A stretch of 64,000 nucleotides of DNA from Chiloscyllium plagiosum (GCF_004010195.1 NC_057749.1:11451540-11515539), one strand, 5' to 3'; numbered from the stretch's first letter, positions 50,240 through 63,479 are shown. Notes: generated by a model not told the origin, from the sequence alone. Program-made: numbers and translations.

Positions 50240-51530
50240 CAACTCCAGTAGTTTCATCCTTGAAGAATTCCAAGTGGAGGCCTAATGATTTCTGTTTTGT
50301 AAATTTATGTATTCCCTGTCTGATTCGCCCACTTCTTTTTCAAGTGCTCAGCTGTTAATTATTTTATTCTCTAAAACTCTAGCATTTTCTCCACTACTGA
50401 CATTAGGCTAACCAATCTATAATTTTTTTTTCTCTCCGCCTCCTATTTTAAATAGTGAACACAGAGCATCAAACATTCTAGTGCAGTACAGGCCCTTCGG
50501 CCTCGATGTTGCGCTGACCTGTGAAACCAATCTGAAGCCCATCTGTGGGGTTACATTAGTTATCCCACAATTGTATGAACTGTTACAAAATCTTGGAATA
50601 TAACCACCAATGCCTCCAGTATTTCTAGGGTCACTTTCTTAAGTACTCTGAGATGAAGGTTATCAGGGTATATGGATTTGTCAGCTTTCAATCCAGTCAA
50701 CCACACCATTTCCTACTCATTCTGATTTCCTCCAGTAGCTTCCTCTCACTACACAATGTGCTCCCCAATATGTCTAGTATGTTATTTATGTCCTCCTTTC
50801 TGAACACAGAAACAGTGTATATATTTAATTGACTGACCGTTTCTTTGATTCCCATTATAAATTCCTCTGTTTCGGACTGTCTTCACCAATCTTTTTCTCT
50901 TTGCTTGCCGATGGGAACTCTTGCAGCCATGTTCCCCACAGCTTCGGCTTGGACTCTATTTTCCATTCTTAATCAATCCCTTTGTCCTCCTCTGAATTCT
51001 AAACTGCTTCTGCTCCTCAGTTCTATTGTTTTATCTGTCCAATTTGTCTGCCTCTTACTTGGATCTGATACTGTCTGTACTTTCCCTGTAAGCCTTGGTT
51101 TGGGCACCTTTCCCATTTTGCCTCTATGCCAGACAGGAGTGAACAATTGTTGCAGTTCACGAATGCACTCTTTGTTTTCCATTGCCTTTCCACCCTCATC
51201 CCTTTTAAGTAACATTCCCAAATCTATCATAGCCATCTTAGACCTTATATCATTGTTTCCTTTATTTAGATTCAGGACCTAAGTCTCCGACTCTATTCCA
51301 TCACTCAACCTTGATAGGGAATTCTATTATAAAATGGTCACTCATCCCCAACAGGCTTTGCACAACTAGATTACCAAATATTCCTTTCTCATTTCACAAT
51401 ACCCAGTTTAGTCTGGCCTGTTCTCCAGTTCGTGCCTCAATATCTTTGTCCAGAAAACCGTCATTGATATGTCCAGGAATTCCTGCTCAAGATCACCTTC
51501 CCAACACCACTCCTATGATTTGAGTGTCAA
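50240..51530 (-). mobile_element. Old degenerate CR1 ORF2 remnant with a nested CR1 tail (50460-50545)
   Basis: Patchy similarity to 35557-37592; nested tail similar to 24570-24640. Confidence 0.6.
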
Positions 51531-54109
51531 TATAAGCCCCCTCCTTTATGTTCTTTGCCCCATGTTATATCTCAGCTTGACTTAAATAGATTCCACATCA
51601 TTGAAACATGTCTGACACAAAACCTTAATGCTTATCTTTTAAACACTACTTAGAGTCATAGAGATGTACAGCACAGAAACAGACCCTTCGGTTCAACTTG
51701 TTCATGCCGGTCAGATATCCCAACCCAATCTAGTCCTATCTGCCAGCACCTGGCCCATATCCTTCCAAGCCCTCCTTATGCATGTAACCATCCAGATGCT
51801 TTTTAAATATTGCAATTGTACCAGCCTCCACCACTTCCTCTAGCAGCTCATTCCACACAAGTATCACCCTCTGCATGAAAAGGTTTCCTCTTCGGTCTCT
51901 TTTATGTCTTTCCCCTCTCACCTTAAACATATGCCCTCTAGTTCTGGACTCCCCCACCCCAGGGAAAAGACTTTGTCTATTTACCCTATCCATGCTCCTC
52001 ATAGATTTCATAAACCTCTATAAAGTAACCCCTAAGCCTCTGACCCTCCAGGGAAAACAGCCCTAGCCTATTCAACCTCTCCCTATAGCTCCAATCTTCC
52101 ACCCCTTGCAACATCCTTGTAAATCTTTTCTGAACCCTTTCAAATTTCATAACATCTTTCCATTAGGAAGGAAACCAGAATTGCACGCAATATTCCAACA
52201 GTGGCCTAACCAATGCACTGTACAGCTGCAACATGTCCTCCCAACTCCTGTACTCAATACTCTGACCAATAAAAGAAAGCATACCAAATGCTGCCTTCAC
52301 TATCCTATTTACCTGCGACTCCACTTTCAAGGAACTATGAACCTGCATTCCAAGGTCTCTTTGTTCAGCAACACTCCCCAGGACCTTACCATTAAGTGTA
52401 TAAGTCCTGCTAAGACTTGCTTTTCCAAAATGCAGCACCTCACATTTATCTAAATTAAACTCCATCTGCCACTTCTCAGCCCATTGGCCCATCTGATCAG
52501 GATCCCATGGTAATCTGAGACCTAACCTTGCTAACCAGTCTCCCATTGGGAAACTTGTTGAATGCCTTACTGAAGTCCATATAGATCACTTCTACTGCTC
52601 TGCCCTCATCAATCCTCTTTGTTACTAATTCAAAACACCCGATCAAGTTTGTGAGACATGATTTCCCACGCGCAAAGCCATGTTGACTACCCCGAATCAG
52701 TCCTTACCTTTTCAAATACATGTACATCCTGTCCCTCAGGATTCCCTCCAGCAACTTGTTCACCACCGATGTCAGGCTCACTGGTCTATAGTTCCCTGGC
52801 TTGTCCTTACCACACTTCTTAAACAGTGGCACCACGTTAGGCAATCTCCAGTCTTCTGGCACCTCACCTGTTACTATCAATGATACAAATATCTCCGTAA
52901 GAGGCCCAGCAATCATTTCCCTAGCTTCCCACAGAGTTCGAGGGTACACCGGATCAGGTCCTGGGGATTTATCCACTTTTATGCATTTCAAGACATCCAG
53001 CCTGTCCTCCTCTGTAATATGGACATTTTTCAAGATGTCACCATGTATATCCCTACATTCTGTATCTTCCATGTCCTTTTCCACAGTAAATACTCGCAAA
53101 ATACTTGTTTAGTATCTCCCCATCTCCTGTGGCTCCACACAAAGACTGCCTCGCTGATCTTTGAGGGGCCCTATTCTCTCCCTAGTTACCCTTTTGTCCT
53201 TAATGTATTTGTAAAAACCCTTTGGATTCTCCTTAACTGTATTTGCCAAAGTTATCTCATGTCCACTTTTTGCCCTCCTGATTTTTCTCAAGTATACTCC
53301 TACTGCCTTTAGACTCTTCTAAGGATTCACTCAATGTATCCTATCTATACCAGCCATATGATTCCTTTTTCTTAACCAAACCCTCAATTTCTTTAGTCAT
53401 CCAGCATTCCCTATACCTGCCAGCCTTTCTTTTCACCCTAACAGGAATATACTTTCCCTGGACTCTCGCTACCTCATTTCTGAAGGTTTCCCATTTTCTA
53501 GCTGTCCCTTTACCTGCAAACATCTGCCCCCAATCAGCTTTTGAAAGTTCTTGCCTAATACTGTCAAAATTGCTCTTTCTCCAATTTAGAACTTCAACTG
53601 TTAGATTTGGTCTATCCTTTTCCATCACTATTTTAGAACTAATAGAATTAGTTTTAAAATAGAATTATAGCAAGTTTTAAGAAGATTTGTAGCTTAAGTT
53701 CTGGATGTAGGTTTACTTGCTGAGCTGTTCTGGATGTAGGTTTGCTTGCTGAGCTGGAAGGTTCATTTCCAGACGTTTCGTCACTCTACCATGTAACATC
53801 TTAAGTGGACCTCCAGGCGAAACACTGCTGATAATTCCTGCTTTCTATTTGTGTATTTGGGTTTCTTTGGGTTGGTGATGTCATCTCCTGTGTTGATGTC
53901 ATTTCCTGCTCTTTTTCTCAGGGGTGGTAAATGGGGTCTAACTTGATATGTTTGTTGATAGAGTTCCGGTTGGAATGCCATTCTTCTTGGAATTCTCATG
54001 CGTGTTTCTGTTTGGCTTGTCCTAGGATGGATGTTTTGTCCCAGTCAGTGGTGTCCGTTAGTCAGGATACTAATGAGAAAGGGTCATGCCGTTTGTGGCT
54101 AGTTGATGT

Positions 54110-54511
54110 TCATGTATCCTGGTGACTAGTTTGTCCAATGTAGTGTTTGTTACAGTTCTTGCACGGTGTTTTGTAAATGACGTTAGTTTTGCTTGTTGTC
54201 TGTATAGGGTCTTCCAAGTTAATTTGCTGCTGTTTCAGTGTGTTGGTGGGTTTGTGGGCTACCATGATGCCAAGGGGTCTGAGTAGTCTGACAGTCATTT
54301 CAGAGATGTCTTTGCAGGGGAGATTGGCTAGGATTTCTGGATGTGTTTTGTCTGCTTGTTTGGGTTTGTTGCTGAGAAATTGGTGGACTGTGTTCATTGA
54401 GTACCCATTTTTAAAAAAAATACATGGTATAGATGATTTTCCTCTGATCTGCGTAGTTCCTCTGTGCTGCAGTGTGTTGGCTCGTTGAAACATCCACAAA
54501 CGAAGCTGCAT
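54110..54511 (-). pseudogene. PLE RT thumb/linker and GIY-YIG endonuclease remnant
   Basis: FFKNGYS...HKPTNTLKQ...NVIYKTPCKNCNKHYIGQT. Confidence 0.9.
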
Positions 54512-54566
54512 CAGAACAGTATTTCAGTAGAAAGGAGGGATTATTAGTGCTTCACCCGGAGGCCCT

Positions 54567-54600
54567 CTGAAGATGTTACCTAGTAGGGTGATGAAACGTC
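54567..54600 (+). ncRNA. Type-I hammerhead ribozyme core (family C)
   Basis: CTGAAGA-T-GTTACC-TAGTAG-GGTGAT-GAAAC-GTC. Confidence 0.62.
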
Positions 54601-56689
54601 TGGAAATGAACCTTCCAGATCAGTGAGCCAACCTACATCCGAATAGAATTATGCTCGCTGGTCTCAGTGTTCCCTCACTGACACCTCAGTCACCTGCCCT
54701 GCCTTATATCCAAGAGTAGGTCAAGTTTTGTACCTTCTCTAGTAGGTACATTACATACTGAATCAGAAAATCTTTCTTAACAAATTCCTCTCCATCTAAA
54801 CCCTTAACACTATGGCAGTTCCAGTCTTTGTTGGGAAAGTTAAAATCCCCTACCACAACCATCCTATTATTCTTAGAGATAACTGAGATGTCCTTACAAA
54901 TTTGTTTCTCAATTTCCCTCTGACTGTTAGGGGCTCTATAATACAATCCCAATAAAGTGATCATCCCTTTCTTATTTCTCAGTTCCACCCAAACAACTTC
55001 CCTGGAAATATTTCTAGGAATATCCTCCCTCAGCACAGCAGTAATGCTATCCCTTATCAAAAATACCACTCCCCCCTCCTCTCTTGCCTCCCTTTCTGTC
55101 CTTCCTGTAGCATTTGTATCCTGGAACATTTAAGCTGTCCATCCCTGAGCCATGTTTCTGTAATTGCTATGATATCCCAGTCCTATGTTCGTAACCATGC
55201 CCTGAGTTTGTCTGCCTTCCCTGTTTGTTCTCTGCTTTTGTTCCTGCCTGCCCTGACTGTTAGAGTCGCCTTTGTTCTCAACCGTACCAGTTTCCGATAG
55301 ATCTCTTTCCTCACTATCTCTCTGGGTTCTCCTGTCCGTCCTCTGCACCCACATTACTAGTTTAAATCCTCCTGAGCAGCTCTAGTAAATCTCCCTGCCA
55401 GTATATTAATCCCAATTTAGTTGCAATCAGTCCTCCTTGTACAGGTCACCTCTACACCAAAAGAGCTTCCAATGATCCAAAAATGTGAATCCTTCTCCCA
55501 TCCACCAACTCCTTAGCCATGCATTCATCTGTTCTATCCTCCTATTCCTGTCCTCACTAGTTCGTAGCACTGGGAGTAATCCAGATTTTGCTACTATCGA
55601 GGACTTTCTTTTTAAATCCTTGCTTAATTCTCTGTAATCTCCCTTCAGAATCTTAACCTTTTCTCTTCCTATGTCGTTGGTTCCAATGTGTACAATGACT
55701 TCCTGCTGGCCCATCTCCCCCTTGAGAACATTCTACACCCTCTGAGACATCTTTGACCCTGGCATCAGGGAAGCAACACACCATTCTGATATTTTTGTTG
55801 CTGGCCACAGCAACGTCTGTCTGTACCTCGGACTAGAGAGTCCCCTAACATGATCGATCTCTTGGAACCTGGCATGCCCTGGCAGAGCCAATCTCAATAC
55901 CAGAAATTTGGCTGTTCCTGCTACATTCCCCTGAGAATCCATCACCCCCTACGTATTCCAAAATAGCATACTTGATTGAAATGGGGATAGCCACAAAAGA
56001 CTCCCGCATTAACTGCCTACCTCTCTTACCTTTCCTGAAGTTAACCCATCCATATGACTGTATCTGCGATGTTTCCCCCTTTCTACAACTGCTATCCATC
56101 GCATCCCCTTGCTCTTGTAAATTCCTCATTGCCTCTAACTGTCTCTCCAACCGATCCATTTGATCTGATAGGATTTGCAACCAACAGCCTTTATTGCCGA
56201 TGTAATCCTCAGGAACCCATAAACTCTCCCTAAGCGCTCGTATCTGACCAGAAGAGCATATCGCTCTACTAAAGGCCATTTTTGCTTCTTTCAATCTACA
56301 ATCCCACATAATAGCACTGTCTTATTCCTCTACAAAACACTGCTCCAGATTAAATTAATATTTCTGGTTTATATTTTAAGTTTAATCAAGAGACATAACT
56401 CAATAAATCATATAATCAAGAAAGAAGACACTATACTGAGTACTGCAAGCTTACTGTAAGGCCACACTTAAAATGTCCGCTTATCTGTTTCTGTGCTGTG
56501 ACCTCTCCCAAACAGGTTCCTCCAAGATCAGTTGTGAATTTCACTGTTTGTTAATTTTCCGAGATGCACTCCAATGTCCAGCGATACATAAACTTTGTCC
56601 CCCTGTCTAGAAGTTTGCAAATGGAGTTGGTTCTTTGCTCTTGTTCTCTCTTTAGGGCTTTCATGCCTAATGAATATTTAAACAAGAGT

Positions 56690-57480
56690 CCCTTCATTGT
56701 GATCCCTGGGGAAGGGGGTCGTGGAGAGAAAGAGGGCTGAGAGATAAGTAGGAGGGTGGGGATGAGGTAGCTGGGAAGGCGATAGGTAGATGCAGATGGC
56801 AGGTGGTAATGATAGGTCGGAGGGGAGTGTGGAGTGGATAGATGGAAAGGAAGATGGGCATGTAGGACAGTTCAAGAGCGCAGAGCCGTGTTGGAGGGTT
56901 GGATCTGGGATGAGTTGGGCGTAGGGGAGATGAGAAAACGTGTGAAGTGAATGTTGATGCTGTGTGGTTGGAGGGTCCCAAGGTGGAAGATGAGGCGTTC
57001 TTCCTCCAGGCATCAGGTGGCTTGGATTTGGTGGGTGGAGGTGGCCCTGGAATTTAACTCCCCCTCCCACTCTGCCAAGGACAGGCAATCCTGGGCTGCC
57101 TCCATGGCCAAGTCTAAGCCCCCTGATGCCTGGAGGAAGAGTGCCTCATCATCTGCTTTGGGGCCCTCCAACTTCAGTTTCCTTATCCCAGATCCAACCC
57201 TGTCCATCTTCTTTCCCACCTATTCGCTCCATCCTCCCTTCCAACCTATCACCATCACCACCCACCTGTATCTACATATTGCCTTCCCAGCTACCTAACC
57301 GCCTCCCTCCCCTTGTATTTATCTCTCAGCCCCCTTCTCTCCACCCCCACATATCTGATGAAGGGCTTATGCCCAAAACGTCAATCCTCCTGCTGCTTGG
57401 ATGCTGTCTGACCTGCTGTGCTTCTTCCACACCACGCTTATTGACTCTGGTCTGCAGCGTCTGCAGTCCTCACTTTCTCT
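56690..57480. mobile_element. Family A PLE 3' end with a long inverted duplication (56690-57040 -, 57050-57480 +)
   Basis: Both arms carry the PLE C-terminus (FNSPSHSAKD; LEEERLIFHLGTLQPHSINIHF) and a pyrimidine-rich 3' UTR. Hammerhead at 57355-57382 has GAAA mutated to AAAA. Confidence 0.8.
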
Positions 57481-57492
57481 CAGAAAGCCAGT

Positions 57493-57799
57493 TTAGAATA
57501 CATTACAGTGTGGAAACAGGCCCTTCGGCCCAACATGTCCACACCGACCCGCCGAAGCGCAACCCACCCATACCCCTACATTTACCCCTTAGCTAACACT
57601 ACGGGCAATTTAGCATGGCCAATTCACCTGACCTGCACATCTTTGGATTGTGGGAGGAAACTGGAGCACCCGGAGGAAACCCACGCAGACACGGGGAGAA
57701 TGTGCAAACTCCACACAGGCAGTCGCCTGAGGCAGGAATTGAACCCGGGTCTCAGGCGCTGTGAGGCAGCAGTGCTAACACTGTGCCACCGTGCCGCCC
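57493..57799 (-). mobile_element. HE1-like SINE, full length and CpG-rich (young)
   Basis: Starts GGGCGGCACGGTGGCACAGTG; B box GGTTCAATTCC; CCAGTT flanks both ends. Confidence 0.9.
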
Positions 57800-58961
57800 A
57801 GTTAGCTTTCCAATACAAAATGATCATCTTTGCAACCCAGGTTGTACTGAGCCCAGTTGTGATCTAAATGAGCACAGACTTTGGATTAAACCTGTAGAGG
57901 TGACACGGGGCATGTTCTCTCATGCTCCCTCTTCTCCCCCACCACTTGTAAATATGCAATGTAGAGCAAGAAAGTCCTAATTCATTTCCAGGTGCTAAAT
58001 AAGCTTTCATAATGAGCGTTATGTATAAGTTAAACCATGCTTTAAGATGTCCAGCACAGGAGAATGCTGTCTAAAAGAAACAATCCTTCATTTTTTTGTA
58101 GCCCAAGACTATTTGCATATGTTTTCATTTTGATTCTTTTAAAAATTATTTCATGGAATGTAAGATTTCCTTAAAGTGAAGGAGTAGAGCTTTTTGTGTG
58201 CATTGAATTGATTTGATCTGACATGGTTGCAGTTTCAGTGAGAATCACAGTAGTATCGATAAATGACTTTTTTCCTTTAAGGTGGACTACTTAGAAGATT
58301 GATGTAAAAAGTAGCTGGGGCATTTACTTTTTCCATTCACTTGAACAAAGCATCCAACAAGGTTTTGCTAAATAGATGCAATGCACTATTTTCAGATCCA
58401 CTTTTAACACTTGATAAGATTGAAAATACTCTGAAGTATTGTGCCCTGAGTGCACTATTTGTTTGGCTCCGTGAGTATTAGTGCAGTTACAAAGTGCTGC
58501 ACTTGAAAATTTGCGTTCACATTGTTCATTTTAATTGTACATTTTTTTGGATCCCTTTCTCTCTCCACAGATACAACCGGTCCTGCTGAGTTTTCCTGGC
58601 ACACTTTATTATTTGTGCTTGTCTTTGGCATGAAGTGAGTTGCTGATGATAGACTTTGCAATTTTCCCTTACTATTGGAAGTCTGTATTTTTGAGGCCTA
58701 GCATGACGGTTGATGTGGAACTACACTGTGCAATACAAATTTAATGGTGTTTTCAATTTAGCACAGTTACTTGGTTATGCCAAGAACTGTGTTTTAATTG
58801 TTCTTGTTCAGGCTGTTTTATTAGCAAAGTGGTCAATCTTCCCTCACTACTTCTCCTGATTTCTCTTCCTTCCACTCACCATACCAATCAAAGCTTACTT
58901 GCTATGAACCAGGGAGTTGGATGAAGGATTGCATTGAGTGAGTCAGAAGAGGGAAATGGGA

Positions 58962-60098
58962 TATAGAACAAAGAGCATTACAGCACAGGAACAGGCTCTT
59001 TGGGCCTCCAAGCCTGCGCTGATCCATGTCCTCTGTCTAAATCTGCTGCCTATTTTCTAAGGATCTGTATCCCTTTGTTCCTGCCCATTCATGTATCTGT
59101 CAAAATAATGCTACGTGACGCTATTGTTCCCGCCCCTACCATCTCTGCTGGCAATGCGTTCCAGGCACTTGCTATGAAGAATTTTCCAGGTGTATCTCCC
59201 TTAAACTTTTCCCCCCTCACTTTGAACTCGTGACCCCTTATAATTGTGCCCTCTACTTTGGGCAAATGTTTCTTGCTATCCACCCAGTCTACGCCCCTCA
59301 TGACTTTGTTGGCCTCAATCATGAGAGGGTGGCTCAGTGGTTAGCACTGCTGCCTCTCAGCACCAGGGACCCGGGTTTGACTCCACCTTCTGGCGACTCT
59401 GTGTGGAATTTGCACCTTCTCCCCATGTCTGCGTGGGTTTCCTCCCACAATCCAAAGATGTGCAGGTTAGGTGAATTAGGTAAAAATCTCTCCACACTTC
59501 CGGCTCTCTGCCTTTGTTCCTGATGAAGGGCTTTTGCCTGAAATGTCGATTTTACTGCTACTTGGATGCTGCCTGAACTGCTGTGCTCTTCCAGCACCAC
59601 TAATCCAGAATCCAGGTTAGGTGAATTGGCCATGCTAAATTGCCCATAGTGTTCAGGGGTGTGTAGGTTAGCTGCATGAGTCAGGGGTAAATTTCGGGGA
59701 ATGGGTCTGGGTGGGATAATCTCTAAAGGATCGGTGTTGACTTGTTGCCCGAAAGGTCGATTTTGAAGCTCCTTGGATGCTGCCTGAACTGCTGTGCTCT
59801 TCCAGCACCACTAATCCAGAATCTGGTTTCCAGCATCTACAGTCATTGTTTTTACCTTGTTGGGCCAAGGGGCCTGTTTCCACACAGTAGGGATTCTAGT
59901 CCTAATTCTAATCAGGTTTCCCCCCAACCACCTCCTTTCCAATGAAAGTAATCCTAATCTACTCAAGCTCTCCTCCTAGCTAGCACCCTCCATACCAGGT
60001 GACATCTGGCGAACTTCCTCTGTACCTTTTGGTAATGTGGCGACCAGAACTGTACGCAGTACTCCAAATGTGGCTGAGCCAAAGTCTTATAGAACTGT
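58962..60098 (-). mobile_element. CR1 3' fragment containing a SINE that carries two pLTR insertions
   Basis: RGHEFKVRGEKFKGD..WNALP; resumes at ~59912. Confidence 0.85.
59323..59910 (+). mobile_element. HE1-like SINE with nested family A-variant pLTRs at 59478-59612 and 59748-59855
   Basis: A box TGGCTCAGTGG; TSDs CAGGTTAGGTGAATT (59463-59477, 59613-59627) and CTTGTTG (59741-59747, 59856-59862); hammerhead core 59520-59547. Confidence 0.85.
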
Positions 60099-61060
60099 GT
60101 GTATCTGGAAAAGGAAGCAGCAAGTGGGAGTCAAGTTTAAAAACTATTAATTAAAAAGATTTTGGGATCACTTAGATTCAAGGAAGCCAATAGGTTTTTA
60201 ATATCAATGGTGCAGGCCGTGTAGCCCATCTATATTGTATGCTTTCTTGGGTAAGCTATTTTCATTTCATGACTTTTGTTTAGCATGATATTTCTTTTTA
60301 AGAAACAGTAAGGAGTGTTTAAGGAGTCATAGCTGTACTACAGTTGAGAGCCCCACCCTTCAGTGTGCTGTGGAACATTGTGTCTCTGTAGAACTTTTTC
60401 GTAAAAGGAAATAAGAGTGTGCACGTGTAACTCCAGATAAACCACTTCAACATTTATTGTGAATGATTATTGGACTGTACAAAACTAAGCCTATAGTGAA
60501 GGCAAAAAAATTGGAAGATTGCAGTTCGTTGCAGTTAGCACATAGTTCCACGGAAAGAAGAATAGCAACAGTTTTTAATCAGTGAATTCTTCTTAACTTT
60601 TAATGCATTTGGAGTTATAAGCACAATGAATTCATTTTGTTTCAGAATTCACTTTTAGGGGAATAGCCACATCTGGTCATGAGAATGCAGTGAAACAAGT
60701 TGAATACCTCAATGACAGCAACATTAGGATGGCATTGAACACCTGATATTGAAGGTGTGTGCATGTGTTATGTAGGTGGCCTTTCTTCGAAAACACAATA
60801 AATGGCTTATTAATTAATAGGAAAGGCCAGTTAACTAGTGCAAGTATGTTTTGTGCATTTATGTTTGTTAATGTATCGATGCATTTTTTGCATTCTTGGA
60901 ATGAGTGTTGTTGGGTAAACCAGCATTTGTTGCTCATCCTTTGTTATTCACTATGATTAGATTAGTGCTTAGATTAGGCAGTTCAGAGGAGAACTGATTT
61001 TTTTTTCCCTCTGAGGAATGTTCATTCCTAGTTGGGGGTTTCAATGGCCATCTAGCAACT

Positions 61061-61995
61061 TAGAGTCATAGAGATGTACAGCCTGAAAACAGACCCTTCA
61101 GTCCAATTTGTCCTTGCCGACCAGATATCCCAACCTAATCTCATCACATTTGCCAGCACTTGATCCATATTCCTCTAAATCCTTCCTATTCATATACCCA
61201 TCAAGATGCCTTTTAAATGTTGCAATCAAACCAGCCTCCACCACTTACTCTGGCAGCTCATTCCATTCACATACTGCCCTCTGTGGAAAATGTTGCCCCT
61301 TCGGTCCCTTTTATATCTTTCCCCCCCTCACCCTAAACCTATGCCCTCTAGTTCTGGACTCCCCCACCCCAGGGAAAAGACTTTGTCTGTTTATTCTATC
61401 CAAGCCCCTCATTTTATAAACCTTATATAAAGTCACCCCTCAGTCTACGACGCTCCAGGGAAAACAGCCCTAGCCTGTTCAACCTCTCCCTATAGCTGAA
61501 ATCCTCCAACCCTGGCAACATCCTTGTAAATCTTTTCTGAACCCTTTCAAGTTTCACAAAATCCTTCCTATAGAAAGGAGACCAGAATTGCAAACAATAT
61601 TCCAACAGTGGCCTAACCAATGTCCTGTACAGCCACAATATGACCTCTCCACTCCTGTGCTCAATACTGTGACCAATAAAGGAAAGCCTACCAAACGCCG
61701 CCTTCACTATTCTATCTACCTGCAACTCCACTTTCAAGGAACTATGAACCTGCACTCCAAGGTCTCTTTGTTCAGCAACATTCCCTAGGACCTTACCATT
61801 AAGTGTATAAGTTCTGCTCTGATTTGCTTTCCCAATATGCAGCACCTCACATTTATCTAACTCCATCTGCCACTTCTCAGTCCATTGACCCATCTGATCA
61901 ACATCTCGTTGTAATCTGAGGCAACCTTCTTTGCTGTCCACTACACCACCAATTTTGGTGTCATCTGCAAACTTACTAACTATACCTCTTATGTT
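61061..61995 (-). mobile_element. CR1 3' fragment
   Basis: 172-aa ORF 61423..61941, RT C-terminus. Confidence 0.93.
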
Positions 61996-61997
61996 CG

Positions 61998-62248
61998 TAG
62001 GGGAGTTTGCACATTCTCCCTGTGTCCTCCGGGTGCTCTAGTTTCCTCCCACAGTCCATAGATGTGCAGGTTAGGTGGATTGGCCATGCTAAATTGTCCA
62101 TTGTGTCCAGGGAGATACAGGCAAGGTGGGTTGGCCATGGGAAATGCAGGGTTACAGGAATGGGTTGCATCTGGATGGGATGTTGTTAGGAGGGTTGATG
62201 TGGACCCAATGGGCTAAATGGCCTCCTTCCACACTGTAGGGATTCTGA
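61998..62248 (+). mobile_element. 5'-truncated HE1-like SINE
   Basis: Central domain GGAGTTTGCACATTCTCCC...GATGTGCAGGTTAGG and tail CCACACTGTAGGGATTC. Confidence 0.82.
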
Positions 62249-63317
62249 GATTGTTTGCGATCAAAGAATCCCTATAGTTAGCAAAATTTTTATAACAGTC
62301 TGGAATCAAACACAGATTCAGTTGCTTGGGAAGCTTAATTTTTACTGTGTTAACTTGCTCTCTTGAGTGATGTCTTCAAATTAGTAGTAATTACTTTAAA
62401 ATCCTGTTTATGCAGCATGCTTTTTAATTGGCCTCTAAATGCCCCAGGATGCTGAGTGCTAGTGTAAATCAGTGATGTTTACAATTTTAAATCTCCATGC
62501 ATTAATCTGTCTGACTCCACTGATCCATTACATTGATTTTAGTGAGTCACATGAGCCATTCACAAACAAAACAAATGGAGTCTGTCAGCAACATTTGGTG
62601 CTGTCTGAGTGGGTGTGTCACGATTAAATCAAACCGTGGAGCTTCTAAATGTCAAAAAGTTAAATTGAAGTAAAAGAAAGATAACTGAAATATGCAGTGT
62701 TGATCTTGACCTGCATTGTACAATCATTACATTATTCTAGAACAAAACAAAGCAGTAAATCCTTCATAATAAATACTTTACGAAATATCTTTGAATGTGA
62801 TTTACTATATTTTCCTACATTTTGTTCAGTGAAGATGTGGCAGTGATTTTCTCATCTCTTGTGCTATTTGCCAAGCAATTCTAAATTGGGCTCTTCCTAG
62901 AAAATAATATGGAAGAACCAGTCCCCTGAACTATTCCTGGTAATGAGGTTGTGGAATGGTTAGCTTCACTGTTCACTGCAGCTGTCTTAGAAAAGATAGA
63001 AATCAAGAGACAAAAGCTTGAAATTCTGTCTAAAATGAATTTTACTTCCATAAGATGATAAATCTTGAGAAATTTCTTCACCCAGAGGGTGGAATTCTCC
63101 AGAGAAAGAAGTTAAGGCCAAAATTGAATGTTTTCAAGGAGTTAGAGAAGTTCTTAGACTGAATGGTATGGGGTGAAACTGGGTACAGGGTCCTGAGTTG
63201 GATGATCAGTCATGATTGTATTGGATGGCAGAGCAGGCTTTAAGGACTAATGGGCCTCCTACTCCTATTTTCTATCTTTGGGGCTGTTACTTAAGCAGTG
63301 TGACACAGTCTATTGCT

Positions 63318-63402
63318 GTGTGTGTGTCTCTGCCTGTGTGTGTCTCTCTCTCCCTCTCTCTCTCTCGCTCGCGTGCTCTCTCTCGCTCATGCGCTCTCTC
63401 GC
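63318..63402. repeat. Compound (GT)n/(CT)n microsatellite
   Basis: Directly visible. Confidence 0.85.
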
Positions 63403-63479
63403 TTATGGGCTCTGGCTCTGTCTTTTTCCCATCCACCTACCTCTTATTTTCCTTCCCTCCTCAACAGCCCCCACTTGTA

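Larger units (their letters stand above)
53668..54641 (-). mobile_element. 5'-truncated Penelope-like element (family C) with 3' pLTR and inverted 5' pLTR
   Basis: pLTR 53668-53850 (-) and inverted pLTR 54525-54641 (+); host sequence AATAGAATTA(T) duplicated on both sides. Confidence 0.88.
51651..56592 (-). mobile_element. Near full-length CR1 LINE with internal deletions, interrupted by a PLE
   Basis: ORF2 fragments 51736..53628 and 54704..55129 (VVVGDFNFP); ORF1 fragments 55427..55714 (VHIGTND) and 55845..56309. Confidence 0.94.

Noticed and set aside
57720..57799. tRNA-like A and B boxes
   Set aside because: These are SINE heads followed by SINE body, not tRNA genes.
1831..59855. Recurring ~30-nt hairpin repeat as a CRISPR-like array
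   Set aside because: Copies are dispersed, in both orientations, with TSDs and no regular spacers or cas genes; the context is eukaryotic.
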